Source of the DNA: Paraglomus brasilianum
Taxonomy: Eukaryota
Direction of reading: 5' to 3'
DNA length: 64,000 bases
Assembly (NCBI GenBank): GCA_910592345.1
Contig: CAJVPI010000027.1
Location: 1-64,000 of the forward strand
In this document: positions 13,971 through 26,272 of the stretch, one piece after another
Layout of the letters: each line of letters opens with the position of its first letter
Numbering within the stretch: position 1 is the stretch's first letter
Program-made: the position numbers and the translations under genes
Notes under the pieces: model-generated
Seen by the model: the letters and a program-made list of their open reading frames with translations, nothing else
Database searches by the model: none
What the model was told of the DNA's origin: nothing

Positions 13971-14740
13971 AAATAGGGTTTGTGGGAGGGCGATTTATTT
14001 TTCGCGTAGGTGTGTTCGCCGACCGGGGGATGTACCAGGCTTAGCTCGTACTATCGCCCCTACTACGATAGTTGTGCAATTAAGACTGAATAAGCCTACA
14101 AGTGACCTTATTAATTATTTATGCGCGCTTCTCACTCCCTATCATATAAATAAGAATACCTCTAATAGAATAACAACAACAATTATTCTATTAAAAAATT
14201 GAAGGGGAATAAACTACTTAATACAAACAGGGCTAACCTCGATTTGTCTTGTCTTTGAACTAATTAAACAGTAATTGTCTCGATAATTAATTATAAACTC
14301 TCGTTCCGTTATTCACAAATTGACAGCTTATTAACTTGATCAAATCAATGCTATTTCCGTTACAGCTTAAGTGAGCCGTTTATTGGAGTGTCCGGTCTAC
14401 TAATCAATTATTTCGACTATGAAAGAACAAATTGTATATTGATAAGAATACCACTAAAATCGGTGACGATGGAAGAAGAGCTACTTATATATCTTTGAGC
14501 GTCGCAGAAACAGCAAAACGCTCTTTTTGACTATTTCTGGAAGAACAATTAATTATTAGTGTTTGTACTGGATTATTCAAAAATTTTTTCCTAATGCAGC
14601 GCGGTGCTGTCACAGATTTTTCAAAACGTTATTATTATTACTATTTTTGTGAAACTGAACTAAAATTAGTTGTCGATCATGGCTGCGGAGGAAGATTTTA
14701 TCATGTGACTCACTTTTCAGATTCTAAATCTTTGATTAGG
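13971..14740 (+). repeat. left arm of a long diverged inverted repeat; includes the upstream region of the HTH-TPR gene
   Basis: Reverse-complement matches to 17902-18723, e.g. an exact 24-mer 14169-14192 vs 18465-18488 and 27/29 at 14683-14711 vs 17924-17952. Confidence 0.85.
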
Positions 14741-14787
14741 TTCAGAAAACTCGTCATCCTCGCCGTACTCACTCTACGATAAAAAAA

Positions 14788-16493
14788 ATGCCCAAGGAGC
14801 GAGCACCTAACAGCAAATCACTTAAACGTCAAATCTGTGCTTTTCATAAAGATAACATTCTATCTACTCAAGTTGAAATTGCAGCCCATTTCAACATTAA
14901 GTATAATCTGGATATTGACCAGACAACTATCAGTAAGATAATAAATGAGAAAGATGAGCGGCTTTTTATTGAATGTATGTCTGAAAGTGTGTTATTTTGG
15001 CAAGCTTAATGAATATGCTGATGCAAGTTATCTTAACAAAAGTAGACGTTCCATTGAATGATGCTTGGGCACTGAGAGAACGGGGCGAAGTCTATCGCTT
15101 GCTTTATAATTATGACAATGCATTGAAAAATTTCAATAAATCACTGGAGATTGAATCAAATCATGCTTGGACGTTGAGTCGAAGGGGAGATGTCTATTAC
15201 AATCTTGATAAATATGATGAAGCATTGATGGATTTCAATAGTGCATTGAACCTTGAACCAAACCAAATATGGGGTTTGAGCAAAAGAGGTCATCTTCTTT
15301 ACTGGCTTGGACGGCATGAGAGTGCATTAATTGATATTAGAAAATCGTTGAAAAGCAAACCTAAGAATGCATGGGTATTAAGAACAAGAGGAGCTATTTA
15401 TTCGCTGCATAACAAGAACTATGCTGCTGTGAGAGATTTCAATAAATCATTGGAGCTTGAGCCGAATGATGCATGGACATTAAGTAGAAGGGGAGAAGTT
15501 TACTCTGCACTTGAACAGTATTATAATGCTATTAACGATTTCAATAGATCGTTGGAGATCAAACCTAACGATGCACATGCATTGAGCCAAAGAGGAGAAA
15601 TTTATTATATGCGTGAAAACTATGCCAATGCATTGAATGATTTCAGCAAATCATTAGAGATTGAACCAAATAACGCATGTGCATGGAAAAAAAGGGGGAA
15701 TATTTATTATATTCTCAAAAAATACGGAAGTGCATTGTATGATTTCAACAGATCTTTGGCGCTTGAACCGCGGGATACATTTTCGTTAAAGAGAAGAGCG
15801 AGCATCTATTACCTGTTCTATCGATTCATTGATGCATTGATCGATTGTAACAAATTATTGGAGCTTGAGCCAAACAATGCTTGGGCACTGAATCAAAGAG
15901 GGAATGCCTATCATAAGCTTCGGAGAAATTTTAATGCACTTGACGATTTCACTAAGTCGTTGGATATAAATCCAAACGACGTATGGGCATTGAAGTGCAG
16001 GGCCAACGTCTATTATAAGATGAAAAAATATATATATGCACTGAGCGATCTTAATAAATGTCTGTCTATTGAACCAGCTTATATTTGGGCATTGAGATGC
16101 AGAGGATCCGTTTATTACCAGCTTAAGCAGTATGATGACGCATTGAGCGATTTTAATAAATATCTGTCCATTAAACCATCTAGTGCTCGGGCGTTGAGCT
16201 GCAGGGGTTCCGTTTATTACCAGCTTAAGCAGTATGATGACGCATTGAGCGATCTCAATAAATCTTTGGAGTTAAAGCCTGATTCTTGGACATATATGAC
16301 AAGGGGAGATGTTTACTGTAGCCTCAAACAATACGACAGAGCACTGAGTGATTTCAATAAATCGTTGTGTCTTGACCCAACTAATGTATCTGTGTTGAGA
16401 AAAAGGGGGGAGGTTTATGACAAACTTGAGCAATTTGACAATGCGATGAAGGATTTTATTAACGCTAATTACACCTTTGTCGCTGTCTCCTGA
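14788..16493 (+). CDS. CENP-B-N/pogo-type HTH fused to ~14 TPR repeats; exons 14788-14974 and 15046-16493, ~544 aa
   Basis: Exon 1 KRQICAFHKDN..STQVEIAAHFNIKYNLDIDQTTISKII is a CENP-B-type HTH. The 71-nt GTATGT...TAG intron restores the TPR frame exactly. 34-aa AL..RG.VY..L..Y..AL.DFNKSL.LEP repeats follow. Confidence 0.85.
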
Positions 16494-16629
16494 TGCACGA
16501 TCATGCGCGTCCTTCCCCTATTTTACATTTCCATTCGTTCTTTCAGTGCTTTATTTCCTAAAAACTGCTTTTATACTTATACTGTATTATTATGCATAAC
16601 GATATTGCATAACAACCATGACCCCCCCC

Positions 16630-17867
16630 ACCCACTTTGCAACTGTACTACCATCTCTACTTCTTCTATAAAATAGAGTTAGTTTATAAACATTATTTTG
16701 CTTTTTAGATGTCCTTTGATCTTCTTTTTGGGATGTTGATTCCACAATCTTTAATGAAATCCATTCTGCTTGTTGGTTGTTAATGATAAGTGAATCATCA
16801 TATTTTTGTCCAATTCTTGGTGGTAGCTTTGGGGTTTTGGTTCATAATCTTTTTTCATGTAGTAATAAAGGACATCATGACGCAGCTCTGTTGGGAGTAG
16901 CTCATCATATGGAATAACTTTCTCATTGAAATCATCTTGGGAAATGTTTAAGAATCTTACATGAGGCATAAAATCAACTATGACACCTTTGATAGCATGA
17001 ATATCATTAGATGACCAACTGTATGGATCATTTACAAGTCCAGGAACTTGTTTCATAGCCCAGTGTACAACTGAAATCCAAATGTCACCTTCCTCCATAT
17101 CAAGATCATCTCTTTTGAGGATAGTAATCAAAGTCTCTTTTGGCACAGTTGCAATATTGTCCACTCCAAATATAATGTCTGGGTGTAAAGCCATAACTTG
17201 ATTGCAATAATCCAGAAGCTTGTTTAGGGAGACTGTAGATGCAGCAAAGTTGGAAATTGTAATAGTATTTTGCTGAACCCACTCCTTTTGTTCATTGATC
17301 AAATAATTTTGAGTTTCCGTGAGGAGATCATATAGCTCTAATTTCTTAGCGCCATTCAAAAGGCTAATCCAATCTATCTCCTTACATGAATCATAGGATA
17401 TTCGCCCAGTGTAAATAAATCTATAAGCATAATCATTTAAGTTTGAGTGAATACATATCTCTTTGACAAACTGTTGATGATACAATTATTCTTGTACCTC
17501 AATTGGGGACCTGTCTCAGCTCTGGACTGAGACAACTGAGTACTGGACTGAGCGTCTGTGTTTCCGAACTGAGACAGATCCCAAACTCAGACACAACATT
17601 CACGTGTGAGTTACCTAAGCAAAATTTCAAAGACATGTCGTCGAACGTTACGGCGGCCTTTTGAATTCCTTCAGAAGTTTCTGTGTCGTTCGTTAGGGTA
17701 TTCTCAAGAAATGTGCTTCTTGTACACAACACCAACGTATGAGCAACAAATATTTTGCTGTTTGGCTCCCTTCCAACATGAATTGAAATATCCGTATATT
17801 TGCCACTTTCATAAAGTTTTTCATAGTCTGATGAAAGACCTGAGGACAAGTTAACAATGTTATTCAT
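16630..17867 (-). pseudogene. BTB/POZ-BACK-TLDc gene, frameshifted and 3'-truncated
   Basis: ATG 17867 with YTDISIHVGREPNSKIFVAHTLVLCTRS. Intron 17614-17421. A frameshift near 17636 (VFEILLR/FIYTG is in another frame). A second frameshift near 16830 leads into LPPRIG...DSLII...LFYRRSRDG (TLDc start), which breaks off near 16630. Confidence 0.8.
17490..17598. mobile_element. TGTTG...CAACA mini-element, copy 2, inside the BTB gene intron
   Basis: TTGTACCTCAATTGGGGACCTGTCTCAG...CTGGACTGAG x2...ACACAACA. Confidence 0.75.
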
Positions 17868-17901
17868 TTCGACAATGTCAAATCTGGTACTGTTACAGCA
17901 A

Positions 17902-18723
17902 GGCCAATCAGATAATAATAAGCGAGTCACATGGTAAAATCTTTCTCCGCAGTCAAGCAAACGATTAGTAGTACAGTGTTGACACGTGAGTGTCAGCACG
18001 AACGCTGCCATTAGCTAACTTAGAATTTAAAGACGTTTACTTCCGTTTCAAATTTTAAGTGTCGCTAAAAATATATAATAATAATAATAATAAGCGATCT
18101 CATCGTCGAATTTTCATGTTGTTATCGAATGTTGTTCAAGTTGTAAACATATTTAGTGACCACTCCACTGAATAATAATCAAATAAACAATTCCCTTTAA
18201 AATCGAAATTATACTTTCTTTCATCGTTGAAATATTAATTATTTGACCGGACACACTGATAAACGGCTCTATTAAGCTGTATAAATTGTCCGTTGATCTA
18301 TTACTCTTAATTGAGGAACGAGGGCTAATAATTATTTATTGAAAACGAATATTGGTTAATTAGTTTTTATTAGAGACAAGCGACAGATACCCGACTAGTC
18401 GAAAACCCAAATCGAAGATAGCCCTGTTTAATTATTAATAGAATTGTTTCCCCTTTGATTCCACAATAGAATAATTGTTGTTGTTATTTTATCGTAGGCA
18501 TCCTTATTTGGATTAGAGTGACTGAAGCTCGTATAGGGAGTTAGGAAGCGCGCGGTTTTTATTATTAATTAGATCACTTGTAGATTTAGAATTCAGTCTT
18601 AATTGGACAATTACCGTAATAATGGCGGTAGCACGAAGCTAAATCTGGCATCCCCCGGTCGAAAGAACACCAACCACTATGCGAAAGGTTAAAATAATGA
18701 TGACGTATTACCCTCCCCTATTT
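17902..18723 (-). repeat. right arm of the long diverged inverted repeat; includes the upstream region of the BTB gene
   Basis: CATCCCCCGGTC 18649-60 vs GACCGGGGGATG 14021-32; ATTCAGTCTTAATTG 18591-605 vs 14077-91; other collinear blocks. Confidence 0.85.
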
Positions 18724-19800
18724 CTGTGCCGCTGTGTCGTCGATTGAAATTAGGCTTTTGTATTCTACCAAGTTAAGCGTAATTAAATGGAGCTTCCTTT
18801 TATTAACGTAAATTGTGCTATACTTACCCCTGCCTAGGCGACGAGTATGGGATGAAGAGAGTCCGGATATTTTCATCTTTAAAGGAATTTTGATGCTAGC
18901 GAATAAAATAATAGTTTAATAGGGTAACTTAATTTAGTAGTAGCATTTCCCAGGGAATAGATTGTATTTTAGGAAGCGCGTTAAAAGAAGGCAAGGAATT
19001 CAGAGCCTATTGTTGCAAAAAGGTAAATTCCAAGACTGTTACATAATCGCTCTCTCTTAACAGCAGCACAACACTTGTTGATACGTTGTCAACTTCTAAA
19101 CTTTAATTATTTTATTCACATGATACAGTAAATAATATTGACGAATTATATAAAAGGTGCAATCAATCGCAATCTTTTAATTAAAGCTGGGATACTAACA
19201 AAACAACAATAATATTCATAAATCTGGCGTGGCTCACACAGCCTATATTCGAAGTAGCAATGCCGATCAACAGTTTTTATTCAGTAATTGTATGTACAGG
19301 TTTTCTTGCTTTGTTCCCCGAATGCTTAAAGCAATGCATCATACGATCGGTTTATTTTGGGCAACAGATGGGCCATTCGAATATTAGTCTTATAGCTTTT
19401 ACTTTACTATAGCTTTATTCTGACAAATTGATGAACATTGGTTCTCAATGTTTACCGTAATGAATATGTACTCTATATTTTCTTACATATAATCTACCCG
19501 GAAAAGGTAGTTAACAGTAAATGTGCACAATTGTATTTCAAGACCTGTTAATTCAAACATAATAACGTGCATATCGTATTTAATTAGAGGAGTAAACACT
19601 TGAATAAACTTGTATAAACTGTAAATAACCTGTTGCAAATTACAAGTTTATTCAAAAAGAATTTGAGTCACTAAATTATAAGAAATGGACGGTGTTAACA
19701 TTGTAAACTGACTTGACAGAATCAATTGTTGTCTTCGTAACCGCCACTAAATCCAACGTACCCTTACTCCTTGCAATCCGAAATCTGATAAGGGAGTTTA

Positions 19801-22246
19801 CTAATGAGAATTTCTTGGGTTAGGTAATTCTCCTGCAGATAAGAGCTTACTAGAGTATTTAATCTCCTTTTCGAGATGTGATAAAGGTGTTACATTGTTA
19901 TGATAAATGGTATCCCACGTGTTATCCTTGCTCGGCCTATGTTTATGGTGGAGTATATAACCCCAAATTGTGTCCGCATCAGGACGCTTATCAGGATCAG
20001 CATCCCAACAACGCTGAGCTAGTTTCTTGTATTTCTTCGGTGCTGAATCAGGCATTGTTGGCCGTAGTCCACCCATAATATCGTATATCAAGTCTCCATC
20101 GAATTCTCTATTTCTAAACGGTGGTTCGCCAGTAGCAATCAAATGCATAATGATACCAAATGCATATGTGTCTGATTTCTCCGTAAATTTGCGAGTATGG
20201 AAGACTTCTGGTGCAATAAAGGGTAAAACGCCTTGAATAGTTTTTGACTTGCGCGAATTCACCGATTGAGAATGACCAAGATCGCATATTAACATGGTTA
20301 ATTCTCTGTCAGACTCATAGTTATGCAAAACTATGTTTCCACCATGGAGATCACAATGTACAGATCCTATCAAATGGATAATTCTCAGGTGAAATGCAAT
20401 TTCACACAAATACTCCCATTTCGTCCTCCACGTCAACTTGTTTATGTTTTGATCCAAATAAGACAAAAGAGTACCATTATTAGCGTATTCCATAACAATT
20501 ATGTACTCTTTTGTTTCTGGTTCTTGTGTCACTCCATAAATTTTAAGGAATACAACAGACCGGTCCATACACTTGGCATGATTTCTAAACTATTTAAATA
20601 AATAAATAAATAAATACAACGTATATAATTTTAATAATACCATCAAAGATTGCTTACTTCGGAAATAAATAATTCCGGCGTCCAATCAAAGTTTTTAAAT
20701 CGTTTAAGAACAACAGTTTCTGGCATATTCCGAATCCTTCTTTTATATTTGGCAGTATAGACTGTTCCATAGCCACCTGATCCAATCTCCTTGATTTCAT
20801 CAAAGTCGGCATAATCCATATACATTACGAATTTAACAGTTCGTATAAATTTGTCCAATAGTGAATGCACATCATAGTAAAACACCAAATAATATTCTTT
20901 AGTAAATGGCTCTTGAGAGACACCGATAATCCAAATATTATCAGGTGTTAATATCGACGGATATTCTTCTGTCAGCTATTTGGGTAAACAAATACAATGC
21001 AACATTACAACACTAATCGATTTAAACTTGCGATACACGGACGGGTAAAATAATTTACCTGATGGAAATCAAACGATTGATCATCATGCTCGTCAACTAT
21101 CCGTTTGAGTATCACTTTTGTCTGTCTATTAGTTGTCGAATCTAGCCAATCTGCTATATGTGCGCATCCATGGCGTAATGATGTCACCTTTTGTACATTC
21201 GACAATAAAGAATATTCAATCCATTGCACGTGGGCATCTAATCGGTTCTTCACATTACTCCACGACTCTATTATGAATGAATCCAAAGACTTGTTTCCTG
21301 TGGTCCAATCAAGTGGTCTCGGTGATCTACAACGATAGCAGAATGCATTTACGCTAGGTTCTAAATGATGTGCACATGCCAAACATAATCCATCCTCGCG
21401 TCTTATTAGATAATGTTTCTGTTCATGTGTTTTGTATGTAAATCCAATAGTGACCCAAACATGGTTATTAAGAATATCTGGATGCTCATCACATAGCTAG
21501 TGAAAATTATATTAAATAATAAGTCAATAATTATTTAAACCATCAATAACATGACGCGTGAGTAAATGGTTTACCTCGGCATAATATAAATTGTCTGTTG
21601 TCTTAAGTGGAATCAATGTAGTACGTTCATAAGTAGGTAGACCATACAAGTATACACTATATCCCCCATCATCAATACAATTGAATGGAATCCATTCCAA
21701 ATAGGCATGATTTGGTGAGTTTGTTTGCAATTGAGATTTCCTAATAAACTCATCGAGTTTCTTATTGTTGCTAGTCCATCCATTGGACAATTGTTTATGA
21801 CCACAAATGCACCACACGGGACTACATCGAAGTATTCCACATGCAGAGCAGAATCCATATCGAGAGTAACAGTGGTAAAACTTTACATCAGCAACCATGT
21901 AGTAATTATCCTTATACTTGGTAAATCCAATTATGTGTTTGTTGCGGTCATTAAGCCATTTCGTATACCGTCTAAACTGATTAACGTCATTTCTGTACCT
22001 ATGCGTTGGAAGTGAGTATATTCTGGCAAACTCACTCACAAGTGTTGGTGTATATTCTTTGTTGTTTCCAAGGAATACCAGTATTAGATTTGTATTGTCG
22101 TTATTTTTAACAGTATAATAAGTGTTGTAAATTTCAGATGGCATTATGCCGGTAATTTTTGAGCAAGGAAACCATTCAAGTTCTTGACGATATTCATGTG
22201 GTGCAGAGGATTGAATCAAGTTAGCAAGCTCTGACGTTAACGACAT
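19801..22246 (-). CDS. tyrosine-kinase-like protein kinase; exons 22246-21575, 21496-21059, 20975-20658, 20589-19801 (~738 aa; extra small 3' exons possible)
   Basis: Three phase-0 GT-AG introns give one open frame. Motifs GSGGYG, VVLK, HCDLHGGN, ICDLG and FIAPE. N-terminal repeated CxxC...WT.xN..LD.FI...WI modules. Confidence 0.9.
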
Positions 22247-22969
22247 AGTTTGAATTAAAAATTTTTTTCTCGGAAATTCTCAACTTATTGTGTTCCACTA
22301 CGCATTACCATTGCACGTGACAACTTTTTATTGAATTCTGATCTTACACTATACTGTAGACTCCGTTGAATAAACAAAGCAAAATTTAACCACCACGATA
22401 TGCGATAATTAACGAGAAAGAGACATAACTCGTCATCTTTTAAAAAAAAAGTAACCAATCATAATCAGCTACACTTAAAAGCGTACATTGATATGCTCTC
22501 TTGTTAACAACATCATTCTCTATATCAATTTTGGTAACAGGCTCACAACGACGTTTCATTGCAAATTTTTATTATAACATATCTGGGATACTCTTATACT
22601 CGTCAATCATAATTTATTGATTGAGGATCTGTTTCTCTATATTACTCTTTACAATTACCCGTAAAATTTCAATAGAGTTTGAGTCAGGAGTGTTACATGG
22701 CCAATCCATCACTTTAGGCATATTCTCATCAAGAAAAGCTTTAGTAGTAGCAAGACAACTTGTATGGTTTAGTCGGCCATTTACCTACCCCACCATTTAA
22801 ATAATTTCTGCTACAGAATTTCACACAAAATTTAAAGCACAATAATTGGCAACTATATGAGTTTCCGGTTCTATTGACACACTGTACATCTGCTTTCTAT
22901 TGAAAATTTTGATATATCGTACTTTGTTTGTGCCTGATCAACACAAGTGTAGGTCGATACTTATGAACC

Positions 22970-23040
22970 CGTTCTAGAATTTGACCCGTTTCGGGATTGC
23001 GGGTTTAACCCGATGTCAGAATGGGTCAAATTCCAGAACG
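22970..23040. mobile_element. short foldback MITE
   Basis: CGTTCTAGAATTTGACCCGTT ... AATGGGTCAAATTCCAGAACG inverted pair. A related fragment lies near 27186-27207. Confidence 0.65.
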
Positions 23041-23753
23041 TCGTAACATTGACCAATCAATGTTTATCGATCATGTTATATAATTATATTAATTAATATT
23101 AAAATAAAAAATCTTATATATGTTTATATCACCTTTGCAATTGCTTCTTTCGTTTACACTATTTGTATTGTTCTAGTTCTTAAGGCAATGTACTAACAAG
23201 ACAACCATTGATGACATTATAACATAGCGCCAAGAGTTGTTCGTTTAATAAAAATTACATTATAGCTGTAGTAAAAAATTTAAGCCAATAGCACACTGCA
23301 CTGTCAATTATAGAGAATAGCCCCACTGTCGTAAACGAACAAAGCAAAATGCAGGAAATGCCCGTCTCGGATGTTGTTTGATTATTATTATTCGGACAAA
23401 GCTTGTTTCAAACACGCATCGGAAATCATAGCCAACGACATTCGAAAGTTCTATCTCGTCTCGAACCATTGTGCATTTGATTCAAATGATTGCTATGCAT
23501 TGATATGGTTGTACAACATACCCTATGGCCAATCATATACTTTTTGTGGTAAATCTGTTTACAAACAAAATAAATACTATTATGGAATTCTTATCTGTTC
23601 CAATCAGACGTGAATCTAATGCCTGATTTCTTCAAAGATTGTCGAATCCCTTAGTCATCGAGGCAATTATAATGACCTTATTTTTTAATCGGCTTTCGTA
23701 ACTATAAATAAGCTTGCATCATTTTATACATAATATTGCTAAACATCGTTACG

Positions 23754-24611
23754 ATGAACATGCATAGTGACGAACTCTCAAGCTTATCCAATATTAACCT
23801 TACCGCGTATCAATCTCCGATGGCCGCTTTTCTAGAATTATCCAACCTGACTTACTTCGAACAAAAGCTTTTGCTCAATCCGCCTTATGGTCTTTTTGCT
23901 TCTCTCGAATCACTTCTCGATCCAATACGCAAAAAACACACGAGAAAAGATGCTCCTCCTCCTCGCCCGAGAAATTCCTGGCTCATATTTCGCAGCAATT
24001 TTGAGAGCTTATTACGCAATTCCTGTTCGAATCAGCCACTTACAATTCAAGAAATCTCCAAGTTGGCGAGTAAACATTGGAAAGAACAATCAAAGGTAGT
24101 CAAGCGATATTTCAAAGCTCTTTCTAACTTGGCACGTTATATACACAAGGGTAAATATCCTGGCTACACTTACCGACCAAGAAAGTCGAAACATAACAGG
24201 AAAAAAAATTGGGAGTTTAAAAAGATAGATAAAGAGAGAATTCTGAGAACTAAATTTTACAAAAACGATGCAAGTGGAAAGAGTAATGAAGAACAGAAGG
24301 AAAGTTATGAATATCTTGGCATTGAAGACGACGGTAGCAACGAAAATTATTGGAATGAAAACAGTAACAAATTTACATTTGTTTGCAATAATAATTGGTA
24401 TGATGACAGTCATACTAACAGTAACCAGACTAGCGTTGATAATGCTGCGTTTTTTAACGCACAATCTCCGGAAGAGTTTAATTTGGTTAATGACATTAAT
24501 ATTAACGAATTATCTCTTAACCATAATTCTGTTTATTTATCTACCCTTTGTCCTATTTCTCAACAACTTTCTCCGTTTTACACGGCTGGTTTATACCCAT
24601 GGTCCTCTTAG
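23754..24611 (+). CDS. MATA-type HMG-box transcription factor (HMG-1), intronless
   Basis: PPRPRNSWLIFR...ISKLASKHWKEQSKVVKRYF..L.......HKGKYPGYTYRP. TATAAATA at ~23703. First ATG at 23754. Confidence 0.92.
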   Translation: MNMHSDELSSLSNINLTAYQSPMAAFLELSNLTYFEQKLLLNPPYGLFASLESLLDPIRKKHTRKDAPPPRPRNSWLIFRSNFESLLRNSCSNQPLTIQEISKLASKHWKEQSKVVKRYFKALSNLARYIHKGKYPGYTYRPRKSKHNRKKNWEFKKIDKERILRTKFYKNDASGKSNEEQKESYEYLGIEDDGSNENYWNENSNKFTFVCNNNWYDDSHTNSNQTSVDNAAFFNAQSPEEFNLVNDININELSLNHNSVYLSTLCPISQQLSPFYTAGLYPWSS

Positions 24612-26272
24612 CATCTTTTACACCAGCCTATCTCTTGTATTATTGATAGAAAATTTTGTTTCAAAATAAGGTAAATTTGTCTGTAAAAATATATAAAAAA
24701 TAGGATTGGTTTACATTTTATTATCAACGTATACAAAAGTATATTATATATATTAATTAACAATAAAATACTATATTTTAAAAAAGTTATTGTTTGGATA
24801 CTATTACATAATGCATGCATAAATCGTATATTTACTGACTCAGGTTTCCTGTAACTCAATACTCACAGTTACGCATAAATAATATTACCGAATTTAATCA
24901 ATAATAGAACATCACAATTAAGCCTGTTATTATAACGAAACAGCAAATTTGGTATAAGCGAAGTATTGTCTTGTCTTAATAAAACACCGAAAGAGTACCT
25001 ATATTTAACAGATTTTTGTATTGTATTAGTAAAGGCAAATAAATAAAGCCAAACTGTTTTTATAATTAAACAACAGAAGAAAAAAAGCACCAGGCCGCGT
25101 ATAAATAATGCATATTGAGCTTTTACAATACAATAAAGTTTTCTTAATATTTGGCAGATACAGCATATCAAAGTTTACCACGGGTCGATACACGTGGCTA
25201 TGTAAATCGTGGCTATCGGCAACAAGTTTATTTGCTCATACTGTCATAATATACTTTCTCTATTTTTAATAGACATAATAATAAAGTCTTTTTTAACGTT
25301 AAATCTGTGGGGTTTGAACTAAGACTTCTGTCATTAGACTTGGAATCTGTTTTTCGCACCTGCGCTGACGTTCTTTCTCACTTAAGCAGACTATGAAACT
25401 GATTTCTCCTTAGCGAATGTTGCACTGTATCTGTATCCACCGAGGAAAACGCTCCATGAAAGACTTTGTTGTCTCAACTTTGTAGTTGATTTCCTTATAA
25501 TAGAAGCTTTGCTTTCCTAAAAGCTTTATTATAGTGAGCACTAACTTATAACGAGTAGAGAAATAATATACGAAAGTCATGAGTTAATGCGATATACTGT
25601 ACACATCCGTCAACATGACTCTTCAACTAATTACCATCTATGAATTAACTGTTGCAAGAGTTTCTGATACAGCGACAAGCGTGTTGTTTCTTACCAAAGT
25701 ATGAGTATCAGATACTCTGGCTATATTGGGTATATCTCCCAATGCTGCTGTACTTATACCTAACGACACTTTGACTGACTGTCGGTTCCAAGTTTGATGT
25801 AAAATGTCAATAAAGAAAATCCACCATAGAAGAGAGACGTAATATTATCAACGGGAAGGTTTTTTATCGAATATGACCAATCAAACAAATGATCCATAGA
25901 ATATTCAGAAGCGTATCTCGAAATCAGATTGGTTTAATGCCAAGAATTTTATGACGAGTTATTCAAGGCTAACGGTTAAAATACACTCTTGTGAGTATAT
26001 AGTTTCAGAATCCACGCGATCCACGTAACCTTGCAATGCAGTTTCTTCTCAATTCAAGTTTTAGAATTACGCTTTGTTACACAACGACTATTATAATGAG
26101 TTCGAAACTTAGAGCCAAAGATCTAACTTGTATATTTGGCTCTCTTTCCAAGAATAGTCAGCTAGCACCATGCAGAATGGCGACAAGCGCCAATCAGCGC
26201 AGTAGTGAAAAGTCTGACGGAAATGGCTAAGTATTTTCCTGAATTATCTTTATGCTCGACCTTTAGACGATT

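Noticed and set aside
14997..15045. TTG start of the 498-aa TPR ORF
   Set aside because: It lies inside the predicted intron; the spliced model from ATG 14788 is better supported.
17499..18011. 170-aa ORF as a standalone gene
   Set aside because: It is a composite of inverted-arm sequence, BTB exon 1 and intronic mini-element read-through.
23887..24669. Overlapping and antisense ORFs on the HMG genes (also 32501, 43263, 56318) and on the kinase
   Set aside because: Shadow frames of real genes with no recognisable motifs.
25305..25370. tRNA gene (GTTCAAACCCC on the minus strand)
   Set aside because: I could not fold a cloverleaf around the T-loop-like word.
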